Positions 1 through 13,900 are shown, counted from the first letter of the whole stretch. The stretch is 63,671 bases of DNA, filler included, from Octopus bimaculoides (GCF_001194135.2; 5 parts of 5 records of this genome joined end to end with filler, not necessarily neighbours in it); one strand, 5' to 3'. Notes: generated by a model from the letters alone, not told the origin. Program-made: numbers and translations.

Positions 1-947
1 GCGTGATCAAATGCACACATATTTTGAACTCGACTTCCCAGTTTGTACCGCAGAATGTGCGCACGCGTGTGTATGTGTGTACGTGTGTACACAACCACAC
101 AAAGGCGGTTTTCTGTAGCTTCCGTCGACAGAATTCCATTCACAAAATATTTGTTAAACTGCCAAGGCTATGGGTCGAACCTTAAACCAAGTGGAATCTG
201 AAACGAATTCTTAACCACACGGCTCTTCCGGAGCTTTATAACTACTAGTCATATAATACCATCAATAGCCCATAGTTTTTTTTTTTGTTTTTTTTTTCCC
301 TGCAGATATGTGGTCTTGCATGTACCAAGGTTAAAAATCGAACCGACTCTACTGATGATCTTAGAAAAGGTCGCAAGTATCATCTGTCTCTGTCTGTCTG
401 TCTGTCTCTCTGGCATTTCATGTTTATGTCTACACTGAGAACAACAATTACAACAACTGCGATTTCAGTTCAAGTTAGAACCAATGTTATGGAATGAAAG
501 GGGTGAAGAGAGAGGGGGGGGGGTAGTGAGAGGAGGAGTTGAATGATCGATGTTGTTTACAAACAGAGAAAGACATAATAAAAGAAGGGAATTTATATGG
601 TCGTCAGCCACTGTATCATGCATACCGCTATAGTATTTAACAAGAACACTGAAAAATAATAGTGCTTCTCATAAAAACACCTTTGCGTTAATAAAAAATA
701 TAAAAAAACAATACCACTACCAACAATGAATAACCAGCCAACGAATGAGCTTCTATGTGGTTACTCGAGTTGCAGTAAATAGCTGCCAAATCTTAACCGT
801 TTGCCTGTCCAAATCACTTTCCATAGTATGTCCTAAACGTTCGTGCTCTGTTTTCGTGTAAAAAACAAAAAAAAAGGAATATGCATCGTATATGATTAGG
901 GACACCAGAGAAATGTACAGAAAGAAGGATAACAGGATACACTAGTA

Positions 948-1218
948 CAGGCGTTTTTCAAACTTTTTGACTTGCGGACCCTTTATATTTCAGGCTTTAC
1001 CTTAGGGACCCCCTTATAAACGCTTATGAAATTTATACATTTTTACATTTATTTATTTAACAGTATTTAACAAATAGGTTTATTGTCAATTAAAAGATTT
1101 CGATTAAAAAACATATATAAAATCAAATTGCCCATAAAAAATATTTCCTGTCCACGGACCCCCTGTCTTGTCCTTGCGGACCCCCTGTGGTCCGTGGACC
1201 ACAGTTTGAAAACCCCTG
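948..1218. mobile_element. hAT-type MITE
   Basis: Imperfect TIRs CAGGCGTTTTTCAAACT / AGTTTGAAAACCCCTG; perfect 8-bp TSD CACTAGTA at 940-947 and 1219-1226. Confidence 0.9.
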
Positions 1219-2705
1219 CACTAGTACAATAACCAGGGATATATGTCCAGTGTATTATATGTGATAAACAGGACATGCAAAGAGAACATTAGCTAATCTA
1301 AATCCTTACGGTTGGGACGTTTTTGGTAACACGACTAACCGACCAGTACTAACCTGGTGTTAAATAACAGCAACAAATGACACAGACGTGTATAGGACCA
1401 TATTTCTAAAAGAAACAACTGCCTATATGGATAGAACTTGTCTTTTCAATATCAATAAAGATCTTGTCTAACAACACAATAATATATTCTTTGCCAATAA
1501 TAATAAGGAGGAGGCTTTAGATAGACAATCATCATTGGGTTATATCTAAGGTCGGAGACAAGTAATGTTTACAATTACGAAAACAAAACACTGCGCCAAA
1601 ACAAGCCGTAATTTCTTCAGATGCGTATGTATGTTTGAAGCATCGTAGATTTAGGAATTGGCAAAATGAAAAACGGCATAATAATGATAAAATTGGAAGG
1701 CGGGATGTTGTTACCCACCTCTTACGTAATTTTTCAGTTTTTACATTCATTAGAAATTTTTTTTTTTTTTTAATTTCTATCTTAAAAAATTGAGATTATT
1801 TTTCTTCAAAAATATGCATAACTATTTTAAAACATCTGAAAAACAAACAAAAAAAAATTGGAAAAAAAAAGTCAAAGAAAATATTACCCCCACCCTCGTT
1901 TATTAATTTATTTATTTATTTCAGAATCNNNNNNNNNNNNNNNNNNNNNNNNNNNNNNNNNNNNNNNNNNNNNNNNNNNNNNNNNNNNNNNNNNNNNNNN
2001 NNNNNNNNNNNNNNNNNNNNNNNNNNNNNNNNNNNNNNNNNNNNNNNNNNNNNNNNNNNNNNNNNNNNNNNNNNNNNNNNNNNNNNNNNNNNNNNNNNNN
2101 NNNNNNNNTATATATATATATATATACTGCTATTTACATATAGAGGCAAACCCGTGCGTGTGCCTTAACAGTAGTTAAAGGAAGGCTTGGGCTAGGAAAA
2201 AAAAATTAATAAAATTCCTCCCCAGAAATATAGTAGATGTTATTTCAAAGACACAGTCACCATGTCTTCGACGATGCCACGAGTGATGATAACAATATAT
2301 AGTAATTGATGGACTGGTTAATTCACAATAACATCCTTACGTTTTGACCTAAGTGAATATGTATATGAAATATACATTATATAATGATGGAAGATTATAT
2401 TGACCATTGCGTATTGTAATATGAAATACAATGAAGAAATGTTTATTGAAAGGGACGGGCGTATGTGTGTATATATATATGAAGGTATTGAATTTAAAGA
2501 AAATCGATAAAGGATAGTAAGATGTAAACATAAATAATATGCAGTAAACATGTTTCTAAACCAGATGATGTTTTTGCCAAAATTGGAACATTGTTATGAT
2601 GCATGCTTTTTTTAAAATTACACACGTAGACCTATTTTATATATATGTATGTGTGAGTGTATATATATATCTATATATATATTTGTGTGAATGTATGAGT
2701 ATTCT

Positions 2706-2745
<40 letters not shown>

Positions 2746-2829
2746 TCACACACACGCACACATACATATTTGCACATGCATATGCATACACCTACGCGCA
2801 TCAATCTAATGTCTGTTTCCCATGCCTAT

Positions 2830-3340
2830 ATGGGTTAGATGGGCCCTCTCCAACCGTCCCACTAAATTGTTGCATTCTTTTGTCAGGTCCTTTGTGAGAT
2901 TCAGTATCCTTCAGTCGAGCCTTCACCACTTCTGACCATATCTTCCTTGGTCTGCCACTCATTCATTCCACATGAATCTCCAGGAATTTCTTCACCCATC
3001 TGTCATCATCCATACACATTACATATCCACACCAACTTAGTCGTCAATACAACTGATTACATTTACATCCAATTTTTCTGTCAGTTTGTCTGTACCTTGT
3101 TTATTAATACACAATATTTTGCATCCAGTAGATCAAGCTTGCTTCATTTCTTTCCTCTTGTACACAACCTCTGCGTTCAGTACCCACATTCTCACTACTA
3201 GGCAGCATCACAATTAGTACACAAGCATCATACAAGCTACCTTTTGCTCAAAGAGGGAATCTCCTTGTTGCCAGCTAAGATAATACCATCTCCCTGAATT
3301 TCTCCAGTTAATTCTAACTTTGGCTACCATGCCTTCAGAG
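2830..3340 (-). mobile_element. RTE-clade LINE remnant (C-terminal ORF2)
   Basis: Minus strand gives a degenerate KGRLYDAC...GSE.W...ERNEAS-type sequence; stops and frameshifts; boundaries approximate. Confidence 0.6.
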
Positions 3341-3351
3341 TAGGTTAGCTC

Positions 3352-3738
3352 TCTCTCTTTTACTTGTTTCAGTCATTTGACTGTGGCCATGCTGGAGCAC
3401 CACCTTTAGTCGAGCAAATCGACCCCAGGACTTATTCTTTGTAAGCCTAGTACTTATTCTATCGGTCTCTTTTGCCGAACTGCTAAGTTACGGGGACGTA
3501 AACACACCAGCATCGGTCGTCAAGCAATGTTGGGGGGACAAACACAGGCACACACACATATAAATATATATACATATATACGACGGGCTTCTTTCAGTTT
3601 CCGGCTACCAAATCCACTCACAAGGCTTTGGTCGGCTCGAGGCTACAGTAGAAGATACTTTCCCAAGGTGCCACGCAGTGGGACTGAACCCGGAACCATG
3701 TGGTTGGTAAGCAAGCTACTTACCACACAGCCACTCCT
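3352..3738 (-). mobile_element. tRNA-derived composite SINE (family A)
   Basis: Near-identical to copies at about 15818, 23292 and 60612; tRNA-like head with GGTTCAGTCCC B-box and an ACCTTGGG.AAGT CORE-like segment. Confidence 0.85.
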
Positions 3739-3948
3739 ACACTTATTTGTAAAAGAAATTATCAACTACTTTAAACCATCTTCTAAATATTGCAAAATGT
3801 TTATTTTATTGGTGCTCCCAGGGCCAACTACTATACATCTACCACAGGCAAAATCTTTATTCACAGTCAGCCTGCCTTTGATTCCACTTCACTTCACTTC
3901 GTGTGCACCCACAGATCATATCGAGAAATTGTATTGAATTTTTACCAA

Positions 3949-4086
3949 GCGGTACGGCAAAGGAGACCGATAAAATAAGTATCAGGCTTACAATGAATAA
4001 GTCCTGGGGTCAATTTGCTCGACTAAAGGCGGTGCTCCTGCATCGTCACAGTCAAATGACTGAAACAAGCAAAAGAGAGAGAGTAA
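3949..4086 (+). mobile_element. SINE family A, 3' half
   Basis: Reverse complement of the tail portion of the copy at 3352-3738. Confidence 0.75.
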
Positions 4087-4229
4087 ACTATTTTTCTGCT
4101 TATTGAGCAGGACCAATTTCCCTGATGATAACAGAGCCATGACTTCTTTCTCACTAAATAAAATTTTATTTTTTACCACGTTTACTCTGAGACTTTTGAT
4201 CCTCACTTTTCCTTCCATGTCTAGTTTTT

Positions 4230-4960
4230 CTTCTCTAATTCCTCCACAGACTAAAGATCAGGTCATCATTAAATAGAAGTTCCTAAGACCTAATTTACCT
4301 GAAATTATACTATTATTGCCTGGAGGACTGTAATTAATAGGAAGAGGTTAGGAAACCAAACCTTGACAAACCTATTTGCACTCTAAATTCTTCTCTGAAC
4401 TCGTTGACAAATCTCATTTGTTGACTGCATATCTATATATGGTCGCATCATTCTCACCAACTTTTACTTTTCTTTGGATCAATAAATGCTAGGTAGAGAG
4501 GCTTACTCTTAGCTAAGAACTTATCTTGCAGCTGTCTTTTATAAAGATAACCTCAATAGTATTCAGACAAGGAACAAATCCCAACTGCATCTCATCCGAG
4601 CAAATTCTTTTCTTAATCAATCATGCTAAGACTGTTACTTTCATAACATGCTCTACTGGTTTGATATTTCTGTTGTTGCTCCTTTTTAGAGTGTCTCTTT
4701 TGCCCCTTTCAGCAGTTGACAATCATAATGAAATGCCAGTTACTAGCTTCTCTGTATTACTAAACTGACCATGCAGGTGACTAACCTGAGCCCTATTCAC
4801 CAGAAATTTTACACATCATCAACATCTCAGTGACTACACTAGATGAACCACCTGCTTTCCCCAATTTCATATCCTTAATGGCCACTTTTGTCTGTTACAT
4901 CTGTCTATCACAATAGCTGGTCCCTCCACTGGGTATAATTAGGAGAGATCCTCTTCCTTC
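4230..4960 (-). mobile_element. RTE-clade LINE RT remnant
   Basis: Minus strand: GKAGG.S.V.TEML...EHVMKV...DEMQ.GFVP...FLAK.KPLYLAFID; homologous to 11630-11960. Confidence 0.75.
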
Positions 4961-5084
4961 CACATGCATATACAAATATATACATACATAGGTATATACA
5001 TACATGCGTGTACTTTCTATTCAACTGTGGTTACTTCAACAGATTTATATATACACACATATACAAACATACACAAGTCAATAG

Positions 5085-5590
5085 GTACAACAAATTGAGT
5101 ATGCAGGTGGGGGACCCACCAGAGCTAAGTCCCTTTATACTTTCCATAGCCCTCCAGGCCATAACAGAGTGCAAGAAAGAAGTCTGTGCTGGTATAGCTA
5201 TATCAAGGATATCAGTTATATACAGGGTGTGGCAGAAATACCTCCCACATTTTAAACTTTCACCTATGTGTTGCTAATGAACTTGTGCAAGTTTCAATGA
5301 TGTTTTCATTTAGCTAATGAACAAAAATTGTAACCCTTTGTTTAAACAACAGTCAAATTAATTTTCCATAAATGTTGTTTCTTTTTCCTTTTGTCAACCT
5401 TTCAAATGTGGGAGGTATTTCTGCCGCACCCTGTAGAACACTGTGAATAGAACCTGTGGAAGAGGGAGACTAAGGAAAACATGGGACAAAGTGAAGATTG
5501 ACCTCAAGATGTCGCATTTCATAAAAGAGATAACAAAAGACCATGGTAATTGGCAACAGGTGATGCTGAAGAAGATCTGAACTACTCAAG
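5085..5590 (+). mobile_element. RTE LINE fragments interrupted by a MITE
   Basis: QVG...Q.S.LSP...LQAITE motif at 5085-5205 and an RGR.RKTW-type C-terminus at 5440-5590. Confidence 0.6.
5223..5433. mobile_element. Tc1/mariner-type MITE
   Basis: About 34-bp TIRs CAGGGTG(T/C)GGCAGAAATACCTCCCACATTT; TA on both sides. Confidence 0.9.
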
Positions 5591-6049
5591 TAAGCATGGC
5601 GAAACATTTGTTTAAATGTGTACAATGACAGAGGAGAGCATATATAATTTATGCCTATATCTGGGTATTTCCCCCATCTTGTATCACAAAGTGTTCCCTA
5701 TTGCCTATTCAGTACTCACTCATCTCTATTGCTCCTTTCCTAGTCACAGTACCATGATGTCAAAACATCACATGATGTCAAAACAAGGATTCCTATACCT
5801 ACATATATTCACATATATACTGGGTGTTCAGGTTTAAATGTGATGAGTTTTTGTCTCCTTTTTCAAGAACAATTTGAATATAAATGTGAATAGTCAATGG
5901 TATTGAAGAGCATAAAGATTAAAGTAGAAGTTGAGAAAAACTTAGCTGACATAGAGGACTAGAAGCCATCTGAATATTGGAAAAGAGTTAGCTGTGTTGC
6001 AATGATTTGCACTGGGTATGACTGCAGCTCAATGCTCTGTGAATACCAT

Positions 6050-7080
6050 AAAGGCTGTAAGACATGACAAGGACAACTACAACAGAAATTAGGAAGCCAT
6101 GTCTGGCAGGAAGGGACACAGATGGCATTCTGACTGTGTCCACATGCCTGAATTCATCCAACAACTGCACAACAAGGTGACCTGAGAGAGGAAATCCAGG
6201 CTTTGATGAGAGAGATGGGTGTCGGAGTTGCCACCATGACGTTGGCCCTAAATGAGGACCTTCACTATCACTTGCACAAGAGGCACAAGGGACACATTTT
6301 GACAGCCTAGGCCAGGGAGAACCACTTGATGAAGGTAAAGAAGCTCTTGAACAAGCTGAAGTATCCTGTTGAACTAGCGACAATCTGGTTCTTCTTAGAT
6401 GTAAAGAACTTCAGCCAGGACCAGTTGCACAACACCCAGAATAACAGGTGGCTTACCTACAGCCCATGTTATGTTCCACATATTAGGAAGTGCCCCAAAA
6501 CACTGATGGTCTTTGGGAGAGTCTCCAGTGAGGATGACATCATGGCGTGACAAATTTTGAACAGGGCCTTAAGCTCAATTCAGATGGTTATGGTTAGGGT
6601 TAGGGTTATGGTTATGTGAAGATGCTTCAGACTGGTCAGTCCCTAGCAGGAGATGGTTGCTGCTGGAAGGCTATTTGTGTGGAAGCAGGATTCAGCTCCT
6701 TGCCATACCTCCAGTGCTTGCTTGGAGAATTTCTACGACTCCACCAGCCCCGATTCATGGCCTCCTAATTCCCCCAACTGTAATCCCATAGGTTACTATA
6801 TGTGGGACATGGTTGACAAAGACACTAACCACTCTGCCTGCAACACCAAGGCCAAGCTGGTGGCCAAGTGCAAGGAGGTGTCCCAAAGATCTCAGGGACG
6901 TGGTGAGGAATGCATGCGTCGGGTTCTGGAGCAGTCTTGAGGCCATGGTGAAAGTGAGAGTGGCTACTGAGAGTCAACCATTATCTCCCAGCCACAATCT
7001 AGTTGATATTTTTAAAAATACTTTTATTTTTGGATGCAATATTGTGTTTTCCTTCTACATAAACTGTCAAATTTAGCTCT
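6050..7080 (+). mobile_element. Degenerate maT (ITm DD37D) transposase copy
   Basis: WFF.D.KNF.QDQ..NTQNNRWL, KQDSAPCHTS, WPPNSP.CNP..YY.W motifs; homologous to 57078-58239; frameshifted; ends unclear. Confidence 0.85.
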
Positions 7081-7744
7081 GTATATGCATAAATACATAT
7101 TTTATATATGCACAAGCATGGAAAGCGGACGTTAAATGATGACAACGACGACGATATATATANNNNNNNNNNNNNNNNNNNNNNNNNNNNNNNNNNNNNN
7201 NNNNNNNNNNNNNNNNNNNNNNNNNNNNNNNNNNNNNNNNNNNNNNNNNNNNNNNNNNNNNNNNNNNNNNNNNNNNNNNNNNNNNNNNNNNNNNNNNNNN
7301 NNNNNNNNNNNNNNNNNNNNNNNNNNNNNNNNNNNNNNNNNNNNNNNNNNNNNNNNNNNNNNNNNNNNNNNNNNNNNNNNNNNNNNNNNNNNNNNNNNNN
7401 NNNNNNNNNNNNNNNNNNNNNNNNNNNNNNNNNNNNNNNNNNNNNNNNNNNNNNNNNNNNNNNNNNNNNNNNNNNNNNNNNNNNNNNNNNNNNNNNNNNN
7501 NNNNNNNNNNNNNNNNNNNNNNNNNNNNNNNNNNNNNNNNNNNNNNNNNNNNNNNNNNNNNNNNNNNNNGTGGGTTCCCACTCCGGCATCCGAAAGTCGG
7601 AGTTTTATCATGGCTAACGAATAAGTGTCACATATTTTTACAAATAAATTCCTCTATTTACATAATATCGAGGTCTCTTTCTTTTGTTGTCCTTCCTATC
7701 AATATATATATATATACATATATATATGTGTGTGTGTGTGTGTG

Positions 7745-7787
<43 letters not shown>

Positions 7788-8310
7788 GATGGGTTGTCCT
7801 CAGTTTCCATATATCAAGTCTACTCCCAAGGCTTTAGTCAATCTGGGACAAGTAAAGTACACTTGTGCATGATGCCATTCAGTGGGCTGAAACCAAGACT
7901 ACATGGATGGAAAACAAGCTTTTTAATAACATAGCCATGCCTGAAATAAGGGAAAATATTAAATCTACCCATGCTCATTCCTACACCACAACTGTCCGTA
8001 TTTTTCTATTGCTAATCTTCCTCACTATGATGCTTGGGTAACGAAGTGCTGCATTAGAGCTATCAATCTCCAATGCACCTATTTTCTCTTGCTGCTTACA
8101 AGGCCACCTCTCTAGTGCTGGGGCCATAATGAAATGTTCTCAAAACAGTCAGTAAAGTGGTTGGTATTGTGAAGGGGCACTCAGCTACTGAAACCATGCC
8201 CAAAATAAAACGTATGAGTAAGACACGGTACCCCCAAGACGTTTAGAGGAACAGAAGCTCTGAAGAACTGGCCCTGCATGAAAGCAGATGTCAAATTCTG
8301 ATTACGATTG

Positions 8311-8345
<35 letters not shown>

Positions 8346-8901
8346 CACACACAAAACCAACATACACACAGATTTATTATATAATAGTGTGTGTGTGTTT
8401 ATAAATAAATGTATGTAATATGTGTTTAAAAATATATGCTTCCATGGGGAACTAATGAAGTTCAGCCTATTTTATGTTGGTGATTCAAATTTCATTGTCT
8501 GCCAACCATAACAAATAAATCACGAGTCACAACAAAAATAAGGCAAATATATATATATATATATATATATATAAACACACGAAATTCATGCAGTCATGTC
8601 AAACTAATTCTGTCTACTATATGAAAATATTCTGACTGAAACAATGGAGAAGGCTCTACGTAGTCGTTCGGTCTGCTAAAAAACGCAGTCAAATTTCCCT
8701 CAGTTTACAATACCGTCTTAATGCAGTCCTATATATATAAAATCTGATGGTATGGTCATGGCTGAAACGGCTCTGATCATAAGGTGATATCAATCAGAGC
8801 TGATCCGGACTTAAATAATAAGGTAAATGACAGTACCAACATAAGACTGTATATGCATACGTATACATAAATATTTGCTAAAACTAGCAAGAGTGCATAG
8901 T

Positions 8902-8952
<51 letters not shown>

Positions 8953-10138
8953 GTATGCTAAAGCCAATAAGAGTGTATATACACATATATGTAAATATAT
9001 AGTATACAGAAGAGTGTATATACATACATATCTAAAAATAGATACTAACCAGAAAAGAGTGTATATAAAAGAAAGTGTTTAACACACACAAACAAACGTA
9101 TGTATAAATATACGCTAAACCTAACGCATACATAAGTATACAAAAATATATACTAAAACCAGAAGGAATTGGTAAATATATCTAACAAAAACATTTCCTA
9201 ATATTTTGGAATATCCAATCTTAAAAGAAAGATTAACTCGAAAGCGGAAACCTTTATCATAAATGAAAAATAAACTGGTTAAACTGTATATTAACCAATA
9301 TTGGTTTCTTAGGGGTGAAAAAGAAACAAGACTATTCTGTTTAAGCAGAGAAGTTGCACTTGATTCAATCATTACCTCAGTATATTACTGGTATTGATTA
9401 TCGATCTGGAAAGATTACAATGTCAAAGTAGAACCAGATAATATTAAAAGAAATATTTTTCAGATATTTGTGAAGGTTTTTTTTTTCTTTTCTTTCTTTT
9501 CTATCGAACTATAGGAAATGTTTCATTGACGATTAAAATATTTATCTGCAAAAAGACATTTAATTTTAACAATACAGATATGTGTGTATGAATGTATTTA
9601 TGTATGATGGACAGAAAAAAAGGGCTTACATGATATGACTTCCACATTTGGACTCTCCGGAGTGCCAGCTTTCGAAGTGGAATCCCAACTGAGATGGAAT
9701 GAAGTGAGAAGGACAACACTAGGCCTGCCATCCACATCAAGATTTCCGTACAACAAGATGTTTTGGTCGGCAGCCATATTATACAATCACACTGACTTAC
9801 TATGAGGAGAGAGAGAGAGAGTGAGAGACAGTGGTGGATAAATAGCAATATAGTGAGAGGGAGAGAGAAGGTATAATGTATGTAAGAGAGAGAGAAAAAG
9901 AAAGAAGCAAATGAAAGAGTGAGAGGAAGAGAACGTAAAAATGAGAGAGAGTGTTGCTGAGAAACGAGTAGCTTGTGATTCTAACCAGTTAAAGTTAAGA
10001 GGCTCTCAGCTGAATGCAATGAAATCGCCACCTACACACGTCTTATATAAGAGTAAGAATAAAATTTGTAAATTTGAACACATACGCACGCGCGCACGCA
10101 CACACACACACACACACACATGCACACACGCACACACG

Positions 10139-10169
<31 letters not shown>

Positions 10170-10419
10170 GTATAGGTGGTGGGGTTCCGAAAGGGGTCTC
10201 AGGGAATAGCGTCCCTGCCTTCCTGGGCTAGATTTCCACCGGATAATATTAGGCAATTCTGAGGGTGGACGAGCTTTATACTGTACTCTACCACATTCCT
10301 AACAGATTAAACCATAACTATACATATATACATACATATATATATATATATANNNNNNNNNNNNNNNNNNNNNNNNNNNNNNNNNNNNNNNNNNNNNNNN
10401 NNNNNNNNNNNNNNNNNNN

Positions 10420-10456
<37 letters not shown>

Positions 10457-10519
10457 TATATCTATAAAATCGTTTTTTAGAAAAGCATGAATCCAGAGAA
10501 AAAGCACACTCTTCATCAT

Positions 10520-10775
10520 CATCATCGTTTAACGTCCGCTTTCCATGCTAGCATGGGTTGGACGATTTGACTGAGGACTGGTGAAACCGGATGGCAACAC
10601 CAGACTCCAATCTGATCTGGCAGAGTTTCTACAGCTGGATGCCCTTCCTAACGCCAACCACTCAGAGAGTGTAGTGGGTGCTTTTACGTGTCACCCGCAC
10701 GAAGACCAGTCAGGCGGTACTGGCAACAGCCACTCTCAAAATGGTGTGTTTTATGTGCCACCCACACAGGAGTCT
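10520..10775 (-). mobile_element. RTE LINE 3' end
   Basis: Reverse complement of ...CATGCTAGCATGGAAAGCGGACGTTAAA(CGA/TGA)n; matches 12990-13295. Confidence 0.8.
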
Positions 10776-10959
10776 ATATTAATTACTAGTGCAGGCTGGT
10801 TTATTGGGTTACCCTGGGTTTCTTGCCATAAAGGGTACCTTTATGGCACATCTTCAAGCCCTAAAACCTGTTGGACATAAAAGTACCCTTTATGATGAGA
10901 AACCCAAGGTAATTCTATAAACTGGCTTTGCAGCTTCAGGATCAGGGCTAGATGGATGC

Positions 10960-12070
10960 CCAGAAGACGACCAGCATAGAGGAGAAGGGTCTGGAAGCAT
11001 AAGGATCCTGCAAATGGACAGAGATTTAGAGATGTATTACTCAAAGCTTTCGACGAAATAGAGGGGGATATAGCATCACATGGTGTGGAAAACAGCTGGA
11101 GGTTTCTACGAGACAACCTGTTGAGGGCCACTGACCAGATCTGTGGATGGTGCAAAGTCCTCTCTTGACCCAAGGTAACATTGTGGTGTAACAATATAGT
11201 TGACAAGGCCATAAGTGAAAAGAAACAGGCATGGAAGGACTGGAAGAATGGTGGTAGCAGGGAATTGTATCAGACTACCAGAACGGAAACTAGGAGACAG
11301 GTTTATTTAGCCAGAGGGGAAGCAGATAAGAAAAAATTTGCCAATATTCTGTGTCATGAGGACTAAAGACTTGAAGTGTTTTGTGTTGCGAGACAGTGTG
11401 AGAGAGAATTGTGATGTCATAGGAGAGAAATATGTCCACATAGATGACGACTCACTTGCATTTAATGAGGCTGCAAGGCGAGAGAGACTTGGATATGCCA
11501 CTATGAAAGGTTGCTAAATGAAGAGAATGAATGGGAGAAAGAGAATCTGCAGAATGTTGACCCAACAGAGGGACCAGCTATCTGAATTGACAGTACCTTG
11601 GTAGATAAAGCAATTAAGGGTATGAAGACAGGGGAAGCCACCGGTCCATCAGAAATCACCGCAGAGATGCTTAAAATATCTGGTGGTGTCATCTATAATC
11701 TAGTCACCTGTATAGTTAACCAGGTGATACATGAAGGTGTCATACCCAATGACTGATGTAGCAGCACCATAGTTAACTGCTACAAAGGTAAAGGTGATGC
11801 ATTAGATACAAATAATTACTGAGGTATCAAGTTGTTAGATCAGGTAATGAAAGTCACGGAGAGGGTTATAGCCCAACTAATTAGGGAGAAAGTCAGTCTA
11901 AATGAGATGCAGTTTGGGTTTGTGCTTGAGAAAAGCACCACTGATGCTATATTTCTGGTAAAATCAGATTGGAGCCTGGTGCAGCCTTCTGGCTCACCAC
12001 CCCTCAGTCAAACCATCCAACCCATGTCAGCATGGAAAGCGGACGTTAAATGACGACAATGATGATGATA
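10960..12070 (+). mobile_element. Internally deleted RTE LINE (ORF2 fragment fused to 3' end)
   Basis: TWWCNNIVDKAI.EKK.AWK, GPS.ITAEMLK, GIKLLDQVMKV.ERVIAQLIR...EMQFGFV...TTDAIFLV, then a direct jump at about 11960 to the 3' tail; stops present. Confidence 0.9.
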
Positions 12071-12989
12071 TATATATATATCTTGTTTTCTTTTTCAGAA
12101 CAAAGGGTACTCTTATCACTTCTTTGCCATTCTAATATCCCCTTTAATCAGTCATTCATATCACTATCACTCATGCTTCTCACTCTGTAAAACAGTGGGA
12201 AGCAAGCAGAGATGTAAGATTGTGACGTCCCTTTAATCATGCCAGAGACATAGTGACATAGCTTCATCTCTTGTGATTGTGTCACTTTGTACACTTTGCA
12301 AAGTATGAAATTGTGAGTGTACTTTAGTCTTGTTGAGTCTCTGGAAGAGGTACCATGAAAAAATACCAACTACTCTCTGTAATGTGATTGGTATTAAGAA
12401 GGGTATCCAGTCATAGAAGTCAATTTAAAATATGATATACATGCGAAACGAATTCCTCTAATCTAAGTGTACAGTACCTTCAAGTACAACTGGCTCTACC
12501 TGTGACAGCTCATGGAATCCATTCCAGCATTGGTGAATTATTATTCCAGTTAGTATACTTAAATGTTTTGGGAATGGTAACCAGACGACTCAATATTAAA
12601 AAATTGTCAAGAAATTAATGCATCAAAGTCCAAACTAATTAAAATTAGAAACAGATAATGTGCAGAGGAGCAGGATAATCTGGTCTTTTGCATACAAGGG
12701 TCACAACTTTGGATATACTTTTGTCTTATTAGACCTTCTCAACAAAGCATAATTATGCATGTCTGCTATATTCCTGAAAACAGAAATATTTTTGCATATT
12801 ATATATGTGGGCACTATGAAAGTTTGTTGTTGTTGTTGCTGTTGTTCTTGTTCTCGTTTTTGTTTAGCTCATAGTTATCCCTAATTAAGCAGGCTTAAAA
12901 TAAAAAAAGCATTTCAACTGAGTAGCATAAGTTTCTGCAGCAAGTTGACTTTAGTTGTGTCATGACCACCGGTCAATTACCAGGCTAAC

Positions 12990-13295
12990 CATCCATATAC
13001 ATCTAATCATCTGTCAAAGAACTGGTGCCAAAGACATGGCTCCTGTGCAGGTGGCATGTAAAATACACCATTTTGAGCGTGGCCATTGCCAGTACCGCCT
13101 GACTGGCATTCGTGCCTGTGGCACTTAAAAGCACCCACTACACTCTCGGAGTGGTTGGCATTAGGAAGGACATCCAGCTGTAGGAACTCTGCCAAATCAG
13201 ATTGGAGCCTGGTGTAGCCACCTGGTCCACCAGTCCTCAGTCAAATCGTCCAACCCATGCTAGCATGGAAAGCGGACGTTAAACAATGATGATGA
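12990..13295 (+). mobile_element. RTE LINE 3' end
   Basis: Same tail as 10520-10775, ending in GGACGTTAAAC(AATGATGAT). Confidence 0.8.
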
Positions 13296-13309
13296 TTCCA
13301 ATATGGGAT

Positions 13310-13900
13310 TCTAACAAGTTAATCATCTGCCGGGCTTATTATATTTTCGCTGGTTGCCCGACAACTGATAAAAACAAGCTCTTAATGTGTTTACCAGAGA
13401 TCTGAATGGCTGACTGTTTGCTGACGTTATCACTCTCCAACAAAATCTTGTTTGGGTGTTTACATTTCCATTCACATCCCAACACAGCGATTTAGGTTCA
13501 ATTCCTAGGTAATGAGCTAGTGTTTGGAACTCTACCAATATTTCTACTACGGTGGTATATTTAGTCTTCTCAAAGCATGTTCCAATGAAAATCGATCCTT
13601 TTGAATCTAAGAGTCTATCAGCTGGGAAAGTGGGTTACTAAGGAACGGTTTAGCACCACTAAATTTAGTGTTAGTGATTTGGTACAGCTTATTTTGAATA
13701 AGACCTATTTGGGAATAGGATGGCTTGGTTGCTGAGGAAACGTTTTATTCAATACAACTTACTGGTTTTCACTAGTTTTACCATTTCAGGAATCTTAAAA
13801 GGTATACAAATACTCATAATTACCAAAGGAAAAATTAAATAAGGCTGTGTATTTTGATATAGTATGACCTTTATAACTTTTGGCAGGGTATAGAAATGTT
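13310..13900 (-). mobile_element. Possible Penelope-like remnant
   Basis: Weak resemblance to the GIY-YIG region (YQ.S....KY.K..R); highly degenerate. Confidence 0.3.

Noticed and set aside
285-370. Strong plus-strand acceptor (T-run-CCCTGCAG) with an open frame ICGLACTKVKNRTD
   Set aside because: Weak donors, no partner exons, no recognisable domain.
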